DNA from: Macrostomum lignano
Taxonomy: Eukaryota
Length of the DNA stretch: 64,000 bases
Assembly (NCBI GenBank): GCA_002269645.1
Contig: NIVC01000885.1
Coordinates: 1-64,000, forward strand
Direction: 5' to 3'
Below are positions 37,295 to 51,400 of the stretch, piece after piece. Every line of letters begins with the position of its first letter. Position 1 is the stretch's first letter. The notes beneath the pieces were generated by a model. That model saw nothing but the letters and a program-made list of their open reading frames with translations, was not told where the DNA came from and did no database searches. The position numbers and the translations under genes are program-made.

Positions 37295-40200
37295 ATCATG
37301 CAAGCGTCATGTAAAAAATCATAAAAGCGTTATGTAAAAAATCATAGAAGCGTCATGTAAAAAATCATAAAAGCGTTATGTAAAAATCATAGAAGCGTCA
37401 TGTAAACAATCATAAAAGCGTTATGTAAAAATCATAGAAGCGTCATGTAAACAATCATAGAAGCGTCATGTAAACAATCATAGAAGCGTCATGTAAACAA
37501 TCATAGAAGCGTCATGTAAAAATCATAGAAGCGTCATGTAAAAAATCATAGAAGCATCATGTAAACAATCATAGAAGCGTCATTTAAACAATCATAGAAG
37601 CGTCATGTAAACAATCATAGAAGCGTCATGTAAAAATCATAGAAGCGTCATGTAAAAAATCATAGAAGCGTCATGTAAACAATCATAGAAGCGTCATGTA
37701 AACAATCTTAGAAGCGTCATGTAAAAATCATAGAAGCGTCATATAAACAATCATAGAAGCGTCATGTAAAAAATCTTAGAAGCGTCATGTAAAAATTACA
37801 GAAGCGTCATATAAACAATCATAGAAGCGTCATGTAAAAATCATAGAAGCGTCATGTAAAAATCATAGAAGCGTCCTGCAGAAATCGTAGAAGCGTCATG
37901 AAATAATCATAGAAGCGTCATGTAAAAAGCATAGAAGCGTCATGTAAAAAATCATAGAAGCGTCATGTAAACAATCATAGAACCGTCACGTAAAAAATCT
38001 TAGAAGCGTCATGTAAAAATCATAGAAGCGTCATGTAAAAATCATAGAAGCGTCCTGCAGAAATCGTAGAAGCGTCATGAAATAATCATAGAAGCGTCAT
38101 GTAAAAAGCATAGAAGCGTCATGTAAAAAATCATAGAAGCGTCATATAAACATCATAGAAGCGTCATGTAAACAATCATAGAAGCGTCATGTAAAAAATA
38201 TAAGCGTCATGTAAAAACCATAGAAGCGTCATGTAAACAATCATAGAAGCGTCGTGCAAACAATCATAGAAGCGTCATGTAAACAATCATAGAAGCGTCA
38301 TGTAAAAATCAAAAAAGCGTCATGTAAAAAATCTTAGATGCGTCATGTAAAAATTACAGAAGCGTCATATAAACAATCATAGAAGCGTCATGTAAAAATC
38401 ATAGAAGCGTCATGTAAAAATCATAGAAGCGTCCTGCAGAAATCGTAGAAGCGTCATGAAATAATCATAGAAGCGTCATGTAAAAAGCATAGAAGCGTCA
38501 TGTAAAAAATCATAGAAGCGTCATATAAACAATCATAGAAGCGTCACGTAAAAAATCTTAGAAGCGTCATGTAAAAATCATAGAAGCGTCATGTAAAAAT
38601 CAAAGAAGCGTCCTGCAGAAATCGTAGAAGCGTCATGAAATAATCATAGAAGCGTCATGTAAAAAGCATAGAAGCGTCATGTAAAAAATCATAGAAGCGT
38701 CATATAAACATCATAGAAGCGTCATGTAAACAATCATAGAAGCGTCATGTAAACAATCATAGAAGCGTCATGTAAAAATATAAGCGTCATGTAAAAACCA
38801 TAGAAGCGTCATGTAAACAATCATAGAAGCGTCATGTAAAAAATCATAGAAGCGTCATGAAAAAATCATAGAAGCGTCATGTAAACAATCATAGAAGCGT
38901 CATGTAAACAATCATAGAAGCATCATGTAAACCATCATAGAAGCATCACGTAAAAATCATAGAAGCGTCATGTAAACAATCATAGAAGCGTCATGTAAAA
39001 AATCATAGAAGCGTCATGTAAACATCATAGAAGCGTCATGTAAACAATCATAGAAGCGTCATGTAAAAAATCATAGAAGCGTCATGTAAACAATCATAGA
39101 AGCGTCATGTAAAAAATCATAGAAGCGTCATGTAAACAATCATAGAAGCGTCATGTAAAAAATCATAGAAGCGTCATGTAAACAATCATAAAAGCGTTAT
39201 GTAAAAATATAAGCGCCATGTAAAAACCATAGAAGCGTCATGTAAACAATCATAGAAGCGTCATGTAAAAAATCATAGAAGCGTCATGAAAAAATCATAG
39301 AAGCGTCATGTAAACAATCATAGAAGCGTCACGTAAAAAATATAAGCGTCATGTAAAAACTATAGAAACGTCATATAAACAATCATAGAAGCGTCATATA
39401 AAAAGCATAGAAGCGTCATGTAAAAAATCATAGAAGCGTCACGTAAAAATCATTGAGGCGTCATGTAAAAAATCATAGAAGCGTCATATAAACATCATAG
39501 AAGCGTCATGTAAACAATCATAGAAGCGTCATGTAAAAAATCATAGAAGCGTCATATAAACATCATGGAAGCGTCATGTAAACAATCATAGAAGCGTCAT
39601 GTAAACAATCATAGAAGCGTCATGTAAAAAATATAAGCGTCATGTAAAAGCCATAGAAGCGTCATGTAAACAATCATAGAAGCGTCATGTAAAAATCATA
39701 GAAGCGTCATGAAAAAATCATAGAAGCGTCATGTAAACAATCATAGAAGCGTCATGTAAAAAATATAAGCGTCATGTAAAAACCATAGCAGCGTCATGTA
39801 AACAATCATAGAAGCGTCGTGCAAACAATCATAGAAGCGTCATGTAAACAATCATAGAAGCGTCATGTAAAAATCAAAAAAGCGTCATGTAAAAAATCTT
39901 AGATGCGTCATGTAAAAATTACAGAAGCGTCATATAAACAATCATAGAAGCGTCATGTAAAAATCATAGAAGCGTCATGTAAAAATCATAGAAGCGTCCT
40001 GCAGAAATCGTAGAAGCGTCATGAAATAATCATAGAAGCGTCATGTAAAAAGCATAGAAGCGTCATGTAAAAAATCATAGAAGCGTCATATAAACAATCA
40101 TAGAAGCGTCACGTAAAAAATCTTAGAAGCGTCATGTAAAAATCATAGAAGCGTCATGTAAAAATCAAAGAAGCGTCCTGCAGAAATCGTAGAAGCGTCA

Positions 40201-41270
40201 TGAAATAATCATAGAAGCGTCATGTAAAAAGCATAGAAGCGTCATGTAAAAAATCATAGAAGCGTCATATAAACATCATAGAAGCGTCATGTAAACAATC
40301 ATAGAAGCGTCTTGTAAACAATCATAGAAGCGTCATGTAAAAATATAAGCGTCATGTAAAAACCATAGAAGCGTCATGTAAACAATCATAGAAGCGTCAT
40401 GTAAAAAATCATAGAAGCGTCATGAAAAAATCATAGAAGCGTCATGTAAACAATCATAGAAGCGTCATGTAAACAATCATAGAAGCATCATGTAAACCAT
40501 CATAGAAGCATCACGTAAAAATCATAGAAGCGTCATGTAAAAATCAAAGAAGCGTCCTGCAGAAATCGTAGAAGCGTCATGAAATAATCATAGAAGCGTC
40601 ATGTAAAAAGCATAGAAGCGTCATGTAAAAAATCATAGAAGCGTCATATAAACATCATAGAAGCGTCATGTAAACAATTATAGAAGCGTCATGTAAACAA
40701 TCATAGAAGCGTCATGTAAAAATATAAGCGTCATGTAAAAACCATAGAAGCGTCATGTAAACAATCATAGAAGCGTCATGTAAAAAATCATAGAAGCGTC
40801 ATGAAAAAATCATAGAAGCGTCATGTAAACAATCATAGAAGCGTCATGTAAACAATCATAGAAGCATCATGTAAACCATCATAGAAGCATCACGTAAAAA
40901 TCATAGAAGCGTCATGTAAACAATCATAGAAGCGTCATGTAAAAAATCATAGAAGCGTCATGTAAACATCATAGAAGCGTCATGAAAAAATCATAGAAGC
41001 GTCATGTAAACAATCATAGAAGCGTCATGTAAAAAATATAAGCGTCATGTAAAAACCATAGAAGCGTCATGTAAACAATCATAGAAGCGTCGTGCAAACA
41101 ATCATAGAAGCGTCATGTAAACAATCATAGAAGCGTCATGTAAAAATCAAAGAAGCGTCATGTAAAAAATCAAAGAAGCGTCATGTAAAAATCATAGAAG
41201 CGTCATATAAACATCATAGAAGCATCATGTAAAAATCATAGAAGCGTCATGAAAAATCATAGAAGCCTCA
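37295..41270. repeat. 22-23-bp satellite (aatcatagaagcgtcatgtaaac)n, ~4 kb
   Basis: Tandem array with higher-order blocks. Confidence 0.98.
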
Positions 41271-42172
41271 TTTAAAGACTAATGAAAGTGTCATTTAAAA
41301 AATTAAGAAGCATCATGGTAGAATAAAAGAAGCGTCATGTCAGACATGAAGGTGTCATGTAAAAATTAAATGCAGTTATAATGCTGTGCTGGGGAGAATT
41401 ACTGAGACGTCAAGGCTCTCAGAGAATAACTGAGATTACGGGGGGGGGTGGTTCTGAGATGTCAAAGCAAAAGTCAGAAGCTACTTCAAAGTTCATGTAC
41501 TTTACTCAATTTTTTATTGCATTCTTTGTTGGCTCGCCACGGGGGGAGGCGCTGATAGAAGAAGAGTCATGTAAAAAATAAAAGTAGCACTAAGTATACA
41601 TAAAAGAAAGGTCATGTCGAAGTTAAAAGATTCATTTGGGAATTGCTACGATGTCAAAGCTTGGTGGAAATCGTTATAGTGCTGTGATTCTTAAAGAAGG
41701 AATCACTAAAATGTCAAGGCTTAGGGGAGAAGAATTGCTGAGATTTCAAGGCTTTAGGTTGGGTTAAAGTTAGGTTTAGGTCAGGTGTGGGTTGAGGGTT
41801 ATATTTTATCGGGTTTCAAGGTTAACAGGGGATTTTTTAGATTTCAAGGTTTATGGGGGCCATCGCTGACATGTCAAGGCTTACGGGGGAATAGCTGAGA
41901 TGTCAAGGCTCACTGGGGTATAAATGAGATTTCAAGGCTAAAGCCAGAAGCTACATGTAGTTTATTGAAAACTTTTTATTACATTATTTGATGCCTCCTC
42001 AGGGGAGGGATCGCTGATAAAAAAGCGTAATGTAAAAAATAAAAGAAGCTTCATGTCGAAGTTAAGAGATTCATTTGGGAATCCCTACGATGTCGAGGCT
42101 TGCAGGGAATCGCAATAATGCTGTAGTAGTGCTATAATGACTCTTAGAGAGAATTACTGAAATTTCAATGCT

Positions 42173-42262
42173 TTAGGGTTAGGTTAGGGTCAGGGTTAGG
42201 GTTAGGGTTAGGGCTAGGGTTAGGCTAGGGTTAGGGTTAGGGTTAGGTTTGGATTAGGGTTA
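42173..42262 (+). repeat. Interstitial telomere-like (TTAGGG)n
   Basis: Degenerate TTAGGG hexamers inside the Helitron A tail. Confidence 0.85.
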
Positions 42263-43000
42263 GAAGGTTGACAGATATTTTTAGATTTTCAAGGCTTATT
42301 GGGGGCATTGCTGAGATGTCAGGGGGGGGGGAGTTGATATGTTAAAGCTTGTGGGGGGAATTACTGACGTGTCAAGGCTTACAAGGTTTGACAGGAGATT
42401 TTTTAAGATTTCAAGGATACATGTAGCTTATTAAAAAAACGTGCATTGCATTTCTTTGGCTCCCCAACGGGGGGCGTAGATTGCTAGTTTTCATCTCATT
42501 TTGATCATTTGCGAGTATTTACCTTGAAGGTAGTTGTAGTCAGGGGCATCGCCAACGGGGTTTCCAGCAATACAAGGCTCTCTTCTGAAAGTAAAAAACT
42601 CGAAGCACAAACAACGATTGAACATTCCTGCTTTAAACCATTCAAATTCATAAGGTGTACATTCAGCGCCAGCTACAGTGAGAGGCCTGCAAGTTGATGC
42701 ATTGAAATTAACAACCAAACCAATGCCCAGGACTAATTGAATAGCGACGGCCGCCCCTCAATTCAATAACTAAAATGTGTTGCGCAACCTTTCAACGCTT
42801 GTAACTCTCCACGCGAGTGTTGAGAACCAATGCTATAGTTGGCACTGAGTTATGATGCAATACAATTCCATCGGCAGTCAGACTGCTTCTCAATCGGAAA
42901 GAACTGTTTGAACTTTAATAAACGGGGCAAAAATCGAGTTTTTCGAATATTGAAGCCCGAAAAAAATGAAGCAATTTCTTAGCAAAATTTTGTGTACCAG

Positions 43001-43490
43001 CGCTGTCGGTGCTGTCGATACCGAAATTCAGCGGCGGCGCGGCCGCCTCAGCTGCTTCCTCAGCTTCGCCGATGTTTGCCGACACCCCGGCCGAGCTGCC
43101 CGACCAGCACCAGCAACTGCTTGACGTCACCCCCTTTTGCGGCCGCCCGACCGTCAGCGACTCCCGTGTCGCCGCCCTGAAAGGCAGCACCCTGGAAGGC
43201 GTTGGTCGCGGCCGCGCCTTGGTGTCGTGGCGGAGCTGCGCCGCGGCAATGCCAGCCTGTCTGTCGGCACGGGCGGCAGCGTCCGCATCGACAGCGTGGA
43301 GGCGCACTTTGTCACCAACCTGTCCGTGCTGCTGATCGGCGACCAGCTCATGGGCCGCTACCTCACCGCTCATATCAGCAGAAATTTCGAGTGCTACAAT
43401 CAGTCTGGCTACGTTCGCATTGTTGTCAGATTCACCGACGGCACTGAAGCAGCTGTGGAGGATATTGATCCCGACTACATCACTGTGCAG
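43001..43490 (+). pseudogene. Orphan TMEM132-like exon with one frameshift
   Basis: gtgtaccag acceptor and cag|gtgcgt donor. LLDVTPF..VSDSRVAAL.G..LEG...G.A, frame change near 43217, then V.FTDGT...VEDIDP. Family call is from recalled motif similarity only. Confidence 0.55.
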
Positions 43491-45044
43491 GTGCGTTGAT
43501 TGCTGTCATACAGTGGGGCGCCAATTCCAGGCCATTTTTCCCACAGTTGCTTCGATCGCAGTTTTCTACTATTAGTAGCATGTTAATCGTTGCAGAAGTG
43601 AAATTTTCGTTTCCTTTTTAATCATTTGCGAGTATTTACCTTGTAGGTATTATTTAGTTGTAGTCAGGGGCATCGCCAACGGGGGAGCCAAGGGGGACAT
43701 GCCAGAATTCTTTGTCCCCTTCAACCGACCTTGTGACCCGTTATGGAAATCAATAATTTTGCTGCAGGGCGACAAGACATATTTTTGCGTTCCTTTACTT
43801 TAACTTTACGATAGCTAGCGCAATGCTTTTCCATACAGCATGGCACTGTGATCAGAAACGGCATGGCGCTTATATCAAAAACATATAGCGAACAATGTTA
43901 TTATTAGTACCATGCTATTCTATACAGCATGGCGCCTGATACTATTGGAAATATACATATCCCACGTTGTGAACTATACAATTAGTTGATTCATTTGGTA
44001 GTAGATGAGATTGTACAGCGCTAATTCTCTACTCTGTGCACAACTGTACACGTAGTTGGGTTTCGAACTGTACATGTAATCTTGGTGATTCATACGCAGA
44101 GAGCGCGCGGGCCGTCTGGGGATTAATGTAAGACACTGTACATGTACATGTAGATTAATGCAGAAGTATGTACTGTGTACATATAGAATTGGGAATAGAC
44201 ATGCACAGATACAATTTGGGATAGGGATTAATGTGCGTATGTGGGATTAATGTACATATACGAATACATATTGAAGTGTATTGATTAAAGTGTTCATTTC
44301 AGATAGTAGTATAATTTGCGTTTTTTGCGTCAAAATTCTGAAAACCCGGCTCTATCTGCGCATTATGTAGTGTCCTCCCCAGCCGGCCCGCGCGCGTACC
44401 AAGATTACATGTACAACTCGAAACAATACTACATGTACAGTTGTACGCAGGGGCGAGAATTCCTATATAATAAAAATGAAATGTCTGTAACTAACTAGCT
44501 ATGCGATAGATTTCAGAAAAAATGGCTCAACCGATTTTCTTCAAACTTGCACCATTCGATCAGAAATGTTCCTGGGACGGTACATGTATCTTGGCTAAGA
44601 AATTGCTCAATGTTAAAGGGATTAAATATTCGAAAAACATGCTTTTTTGCAAAGGTCAAGCCAAATTTTTGACTTGAAATGCATTGTAAGAATGCTAGAG
44701 AAAAAACTGACTGGCTGAATTACGATTGTGATAAAGATTGCATCACAACAAGGTGAAAACAGTGCCACAGAAACGCACACAAGACTTCATTGAAATTGCG
44801 TAACCATATTGCTAACTTGAATTGAGACTGATACTGGCTGACTGAGAAATTGATTATGTCATAACTTTTTACTCTTACCGACTTGCTATAAGTATTGAAT
44901 TATAAGGGCCACAAGTCATGTTCTCCAATTGAAAAGAGATAGCCGGATGCAAACAGACTGGAATGCTAATGTAGCGACCTTGGTTCGAATCTTAGTGGTG
45001 AAAAATGTTTTTTTTATTAAAACACGTTAAAAAACACAAAATTC

Positions 45045-47240
45045 TCAACATTAAAGAGCCACCATGTCGAAACATTAAAGAGCCACCATTTCAAACATTA
45101 AAGAGCCACAATGTCAAACATTAAAGAGCCACCATGTCGAACATAAAAGAGCCACCATATCAAACATACAAGAGTTACCATTTCAAACCTAAAAGAGCCA
45201 CCATGTCGAACATTAAAAAGCCACCATGTCAAACATTAAAGAGCCACAATGGCAAACATTAAAGAGACACCATTTCAAACCTAAAAGAGTTACCATGTCA
45301 AACATTAAAGAGCCGCCAGGTCAAACATAAAACAGACACCATTTCGAAAATTAAAGAGCCACCATTTTAAACATTAAAGAGCCACCTTGTCAAATATTAA
45401 AGAGCCACAATGTCAAACATTAAAGAGCCACCTTATCAAACATTAAAGAGCCACCATGTCAAACATTAAAGAGCCACCATGTAAAACATTAAAGAGCCAC
45501 CATGTCGAACATAAAAGAGGTACCATGTCAAACATTAAAGACCCACCAGGTCAAACATGAAAGTGCCACCATGTCAAATATTAAAAAGCCACCATGTCAA
45601 ACATTAAAGAGCCACCAGGTCAAACATGAAAGTGCCACCAGGTCAAACATATACATGACTCCATGTCAAACATTAAAGAGCCACCATGTCGAACATAAAA
45701 GGGCCACCATGTCAAATATTAAAGAGCCACCATGTCAAACATTAAAGAGCCACCAGGTCAAACATGAAAGTGCCACCATGTAAAACATTAAAGAGCCACC
45801 ATGTCAAACATTAAAGAGCCACCAGGTCAAACATATACATGACTCCATGTCAAACATTAAAGAGCCACCATGTCGAACATAAAAGGGCCACCATGTCAAA
45901 TATTAAAGAGCCACCATGTCAAACATTAAAGAGCCACCAGGTCAAACATGAAAGTGCCACCATGTAAAACATTAAAGAGCCACCATGTCGAACATTTAAG
46001 AAGCACCATGTCAAACATAAAATAGCCACCATGTGAAACATATAGGTGACTCCATGTAAAACATTAAAGAGCTACCATACCAGACATATACATGACTCCA
46101 TGTCAAACATATACGTGACTCCATGTTAGACATTTAAGAGCCACCATGTCGAACATTAAAGAGCCAACGTGTTAAAAATACAAGAGCCACCAGGTCAAAC
46201 ATATATATGACTCCATGTCAAACATTAAAGAGCCACCATGTCGAACATAAAAGGGCCACCATGTCAAATATTAAAGAGCCACCATGTCAAACATTTAAGA
46301 GCCACCATGTCAAACATATACATGACTCTATGTCAAACGTTAAAGAGACACCATGTCAAACATTACAGAGCCACCATGTCAAACATTTAAGAGCCACCAG
46401 GTCAAACATGAAAGTGCCACCATGTAAAACATTAAAGAGCCACCATGTCAAACATATACGTAACTCCATGTCAAACATTGAAGAGACCCCATGTCAAACA
46501 TTAAAGAGCCACCACGTCGAACATAAAAGAGCCACCATGTAAAACATATACGTAACTCCATGTCAAACATTGAAGCGACACCATGTCGAACATAAAAGAG
46601 CCACCATGTCGAACATTAAAGAGCCACCATGTCGAACATAAAAGAGCTACCATGTCAAACATTAAAGAGCCACCATGTTAAACATAAAAGAGCCATCATG
46701 TCAAACATATAAGTGACTTTATGTCGAACATTAAAGAGCCACCATGTCTAACATTAAAGAGCCACCATGTCCAACATTAAAGAGCCACCATGTCAAAAAT
46801 TAAAGAGCCACCATGTCTATCATTAAAGAGCCATCATGTCAAACATTAAAGAGCTACTTTGTCTAACATTAAAGAGCCACCATGTCAAACATTAAAGAGC
46901 TACTTTGTCTAACATTAAAGAGCCACCATGTCAAACATTAAAGAGCCACCATGTCAAACATTAAAGAGCCACCATGTCAAACATAAAAGAGCCACCTTTT
47001 TGAACATTAAAAAGCCACTTTGTAAAACATAGAAGAGCCCCCATGTCATACATAGAAGAGCCCCCATGTCAAACATAGAAGAGCCCCCATGTCAAACATA
47101 GAAGAGCCCCCATGTCAAACATAGAAGAGCCACTATGTCAGACATTGAAAAGCCACCGTATCAAACATAAAAGAGTTACCATGTACGAGCGTAGAACATA
47201 AAAGAGCCACCCTGTTAAACATAAAAAGATACACAATTTC
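45045..47240. repeat. 23-bp satellite (catgtcaaacattaaagagccac)n
   Basis: Central tandem array of Helitron C. Confidence 0.96.
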
Positions 47241-47314
47241 AAACGTAAAAGTAAGCGAATTTTAAAGGAGCCGCTATAATGCTAAGGAAATTGTCGCACT
47301 AGCTACTTATTGTC

Positions 47315-47750
47315 TGGTGGATGCTTGCTATTTGGGGATGCTATCTATCTTGGGGATGCTTGCTATCTGGGGGATGCTTGCTATCTGGGGGATGCTTGCT
47401 ATCTGGGGGATGCTTGCTATCTGGGGGATGCTTGCTATCTGGGGGATGCTTGCTATCTGGGGATGCTTGCTATCTGGGGGATGCTTGCTATCTGGGGGAT
47501 GCTTGCTATCTGGGGGATGCTTGCTTTCTGGGGGATGCTTGCTATCTGGGGGATGCTTGCTATCTGGGGGATGCTTGCTATCTGGGGGATGCTTGCTATC
47601 TGAGGGATGCTTGCTATCTTGGGGATGCTTGCTATCTGGGGGATGCTTGCAATCTGGGGGATGCTTGCTATCTGGGGGATGCTTGCCATCTTGGGGATGC
47701 TTGCTATCTAGGGGATGCTTGCTATCTGGGGGATGCTTGCAGTCTTGGGA
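47315..47750. repeat. 18-bp minisatellite (gggggatgcttgctatct)n
   Basis: Second array in Helitron C. Confidence 0.96.
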
Positions 47751-47907
47751 TGATTTCTTTTTGCAATGCACTTCATTTGAGCAGTTTGTCTGTTGTCTTT
47801 TTGAAGGATTTTTGGCTGTCTTTTTGTTACTTTAGAAAACAGAGATTCTATCCAGATGTCCCCCATCGGGGGGCGAAGATTGCTAGTCCTATATACTAAA
47901 AATGTGA

Positions 47908-47938
<31 letters not shown>

Positions 47939-48469
47939 GTGATAGATTAGAGAAAAAATGGCTGGACCGATTTTGTTCGAACTTGCACTGTTCGATCAGA
48001 AATTTTCCCGTGACGGTACATGCATCGTGGCTAAGAAATTGCTCAATGCTAGAGGCATTAAATATTCGAAAAACATGCTTTTTTGCAAAGGTCAAGCAAA
48101 CTTTTCGACTTGAAATGCATTGTAAGAATGCTAGAGAAAAAACTGACTGGTTGAATTCTGACTCTGAAATAGATTGCATCATAACTGAATTGTAACTCTG
48201 ACTTGAATTGAAAATGCAGTGTGGAAGCCTAGCACCAGACTTGATTTAAATTGCGTAACCATATTGTTAACTGATACTGACTGACTGAGAAACTGATTAT
48301 GTCATAACTGCTTCGTGTGATTTACTCTATGCTTGGATTTTAAACTGTTGAATTATATATATATGTGCAAAATTTGATAAATGCAGCGACGATGGTTCGA
48401 ATTTTCATAGAATATAATTTTTTCAATTAAAGCTTTTCAACGTCAGGAAAACTAAAAGACTTTTTAAAA

Positions 48470-51400
48470 AGAAGCGTCATGTAAAAATCATAGAAGCGTC
48501 ATATAAAAATCATAGATGCGTCATTTAAAAAATCATAGAAGCATCGTATAAAAATCATAGAAGCGTCATGTAAACAATCATAGAAGCGTCATGTAAACAA
48601 TCATAGAAGCGCCATGTAAAAATCATAGAAGCGTCATGTAAACAATCATAGAAGCGTCATGTCAAAATCATAGAAGCGTCATGTAAACAATCATAGAAGC
48701 GTCATGAAACAATCATAGAAGCGTCATGAAACAATCATAGAAGCGTCATGTAAACAATCATAGAAGCGTCATATAAACAAACATAGAAGCGTCATGTAAA
48801 AATCATAGAAGCGTCATGTAAACAATCATAGAAGCGTCATGTAAACAATCATAGAAGCGCCATGTAAAAATCATAAAAGCGACATGTAAAAATCATAGAA
48901 GCGTCATGAAACAATCATAGAAGCGTCATGTAAACAATCATAGAAGCGTCATGTAAACAATCATAGAAGCGTCATATAAACAATCATAGAAGCGTCATGT
49001 AAAAATCATAGAAGCGTCATGTAATGAATCATAGAAGCGTCATGTAAAAAATCCTTGAAGCGTCATGTAAACAATCATAGAAGCGTCATGTAAACAATCA
49101 TAGAAGCGTCATGTAAACAATCATAGAAGCGTCATGTAAACAATCATAGAAGCGTCATGTAAACAATCATAGAAGCGCCATGTAAAAATCATAAAAGCGA
49201 CATGTAAAAATCATAGAAGCGTCATGTAAAATCATAGAAGCGTCATGTAAACAATCATAGAAGCGTCATGAAACAATCATAGAAGCGTCATGAAACAATC
49301 ATAGAAGCGTCATGAAACAATCATAGAAGCGTCATGTAAAAATCATAGAAGCGTCATGTAAACAATCATAGAAGCGTCATGTAAACAATCATAGAAGCGC
49401 CATGTAAAAATCATAAAAGCGACATGTAAAAATCATAGAAGCGTCATGAAACAATCATAGAAGCGTCATGTAAACAATCATAGAAGCGTCATGTAAACAA
49501 TCATAGAAGCGTCATATAAACAATCATAGAAGCGTCATGTAAAAATCATAGAAGCGTCATGTAAACAATCATAGAAGCGTCATGAAACAATCATAGAAGC
49601 GTCATGTAAAATCATAGAAGCGTCATGTAAACAATCATAGAAGCGTCATGTAAACAATCATAGAAGCGCCATGTAAAAATCATAAAAGCATAAAGCGACA
49701 TGTAAAAATCATAGAAGCGTCATGTAAAATCATAGAATCGTCCTGCCAAAATCGTAGAAGCGTCATGTAAAAAATCCTTGAAGCGTCATGAAACAATCAT
49801 AGAAGCGTCATGAAACAATCATAGAAGCGTCATGTAAAAAATCATAGAAGCGTCATGTAAACAATCCTAGAAGCGTCATGTAAACAATCCTAGAAGCGTC
49901 ATGTAAACAATCATAGAAGCGTCATGTAAACAATCCTAGAAGCGTCATGTAAACAATCATAGAAGCGTCATGTAAACAATCATAGAAGCGCCAAGTAAAA
50001 ATCATAAAAGCGTCATGTAAACAATCATTCAAGCGTCATTTAAACAATCATAGAAGCGTCATGTAAACAATCATTCAAGCGTTATTTAAACAATCATAGA
50101 AGCGTCATGTAAACAAGCATAGAAGAATGTAAACAATCATAGAAGCGTCACGTAAACAATCATTCAAGCGTCATTTAAACAATCATAGAAGCGTCATGTA
50201 AACAAGCATAGAAGCGTCATGTAAAAATCATAGAAGCGTCATGTAAACAATCATAGAAGCGTCATGTCAAAATCATAGAAGCGTCATGTAAACAATCATA
50301 GAAGCGTCATGAAACAATCATAGAAGCGTCATGTAAACAATCATAGAAGCGCCATGTAAACAATCATAGAAGCGTCATGTAAAAATCATAGAAGCGTCAT
50401 GTAAACAATCATAGAAGCGTCATGAAACAATCATAGAAACGTCATGTAAAAATCATAGAAGCGTCATGTAAAAAATCATAGAAGCGTCATGTAAACAATC
50501 ATAGAAGCGTCATGTAAACAATCATAGAAGCGTCATGTAAACAATCATAGAAGCGCCATGTAAAAATCATAAAAGCGTCATGTAAACAATCATTCAAGCG
50601 TCATTTAAACAATCATAGAAGCGTCATGTAAACAAGCATAGAAGAATGTAAACAATCATAGAAGCGTCATGTAAAAATCATAGAAGCGTCATGAAACAGT
50701 CATAGAAGCGTCATGTAAAAAATCATAAAAGCGTCATGTAAAAATCGTAGAAGCGTCATGTAAAAATCATAGAAGCGTCATGTAAAATCATAGAAGCGTC
50801 ATGTAAAAATCATAGAAGCGTCATGTAAAATCGTAGAATCGTCCTGCCAAAATCGTAGAAGCGTCATGTAAAAAATCATAGAAGCGTCATGTAAAAATCA
50901 TAGAAGCGTCATGTAAAATCATAGAATCATCCTGCCAAAATCGTAGAAGCGTCATGTAAAAAATCCTTGAAGCGTCATGTAAACAATCATAGAAGCGTCA
51001 TGAAACAATCATAGAAGCGTCATGTAAACAATCATAGAAGCGTCATGTAAAAAATCATAAAAGCGTCATGTAAAAATCGTAGAAGCGTCATGTAAAAATC
51101 ATAGAAGCGTCATGTAAAATCATAGAAGCGTCATGTAAAAATCATAGAAGCGTCATGTAAAATCGTAGAATCGTCCTGCCAAAATCGTAGAAGCGTCATG
51201 TAAAAAATCATAGAAGCGTCATGTAAAAATCATAGAAGCGTCATGTAAAATCATAGAATCATCCTGCCAAAATCGTAGAAGCGTCATGTAAAAAATCCTT
51301 GAAGCGTCATGTAAACAATCATAGAAGCGTCATGAAACAATCATAGAAGCGTCATGTAAAAAATCATAAAAGCGTCATGTAAAAATCGTAGAAGCGTCAT

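Larger units (their letters stand above)
37205..42487 (+). mobile_element. Non-autonomous Helitron A (5'-truncated) carrying a satellite array
   Basis: 3' hairpin tccccaacgggggg then CTAG|T at 42484-42488. Lead-in and 1.2-kb tail are homologous to Helitron B. Confidence 0.8.
44461..47886 (+). mobile_element. Non-autonomous Helitron C
   Basis: 5' TCCTATATAATAAAA; conserved ggctcaaccgattttcttcaaacttg core; 3' hairpin cccccatcgggggg then CTAG at 47883-47886. Confidence 0.82.

Noticed and set aside
42491-42910. Minus-strand ORF and a CRWN motif suggesting hAT transposase
   Set aside because: Too short and interrupted; no second motif to support it.
44935-45000. tRNA-like B box GGTTCGAATC in Helitron C
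   Set aside because: A box degenerate and no cloverleaf; at most a SINE relic, not a tRNA gene.
45502-47899. Repetitive ORFs (PCQTLKSH, YLGDAC, IPQIAS)
   Set aside because: Translations of the 23-bp and 18-bp satellites.
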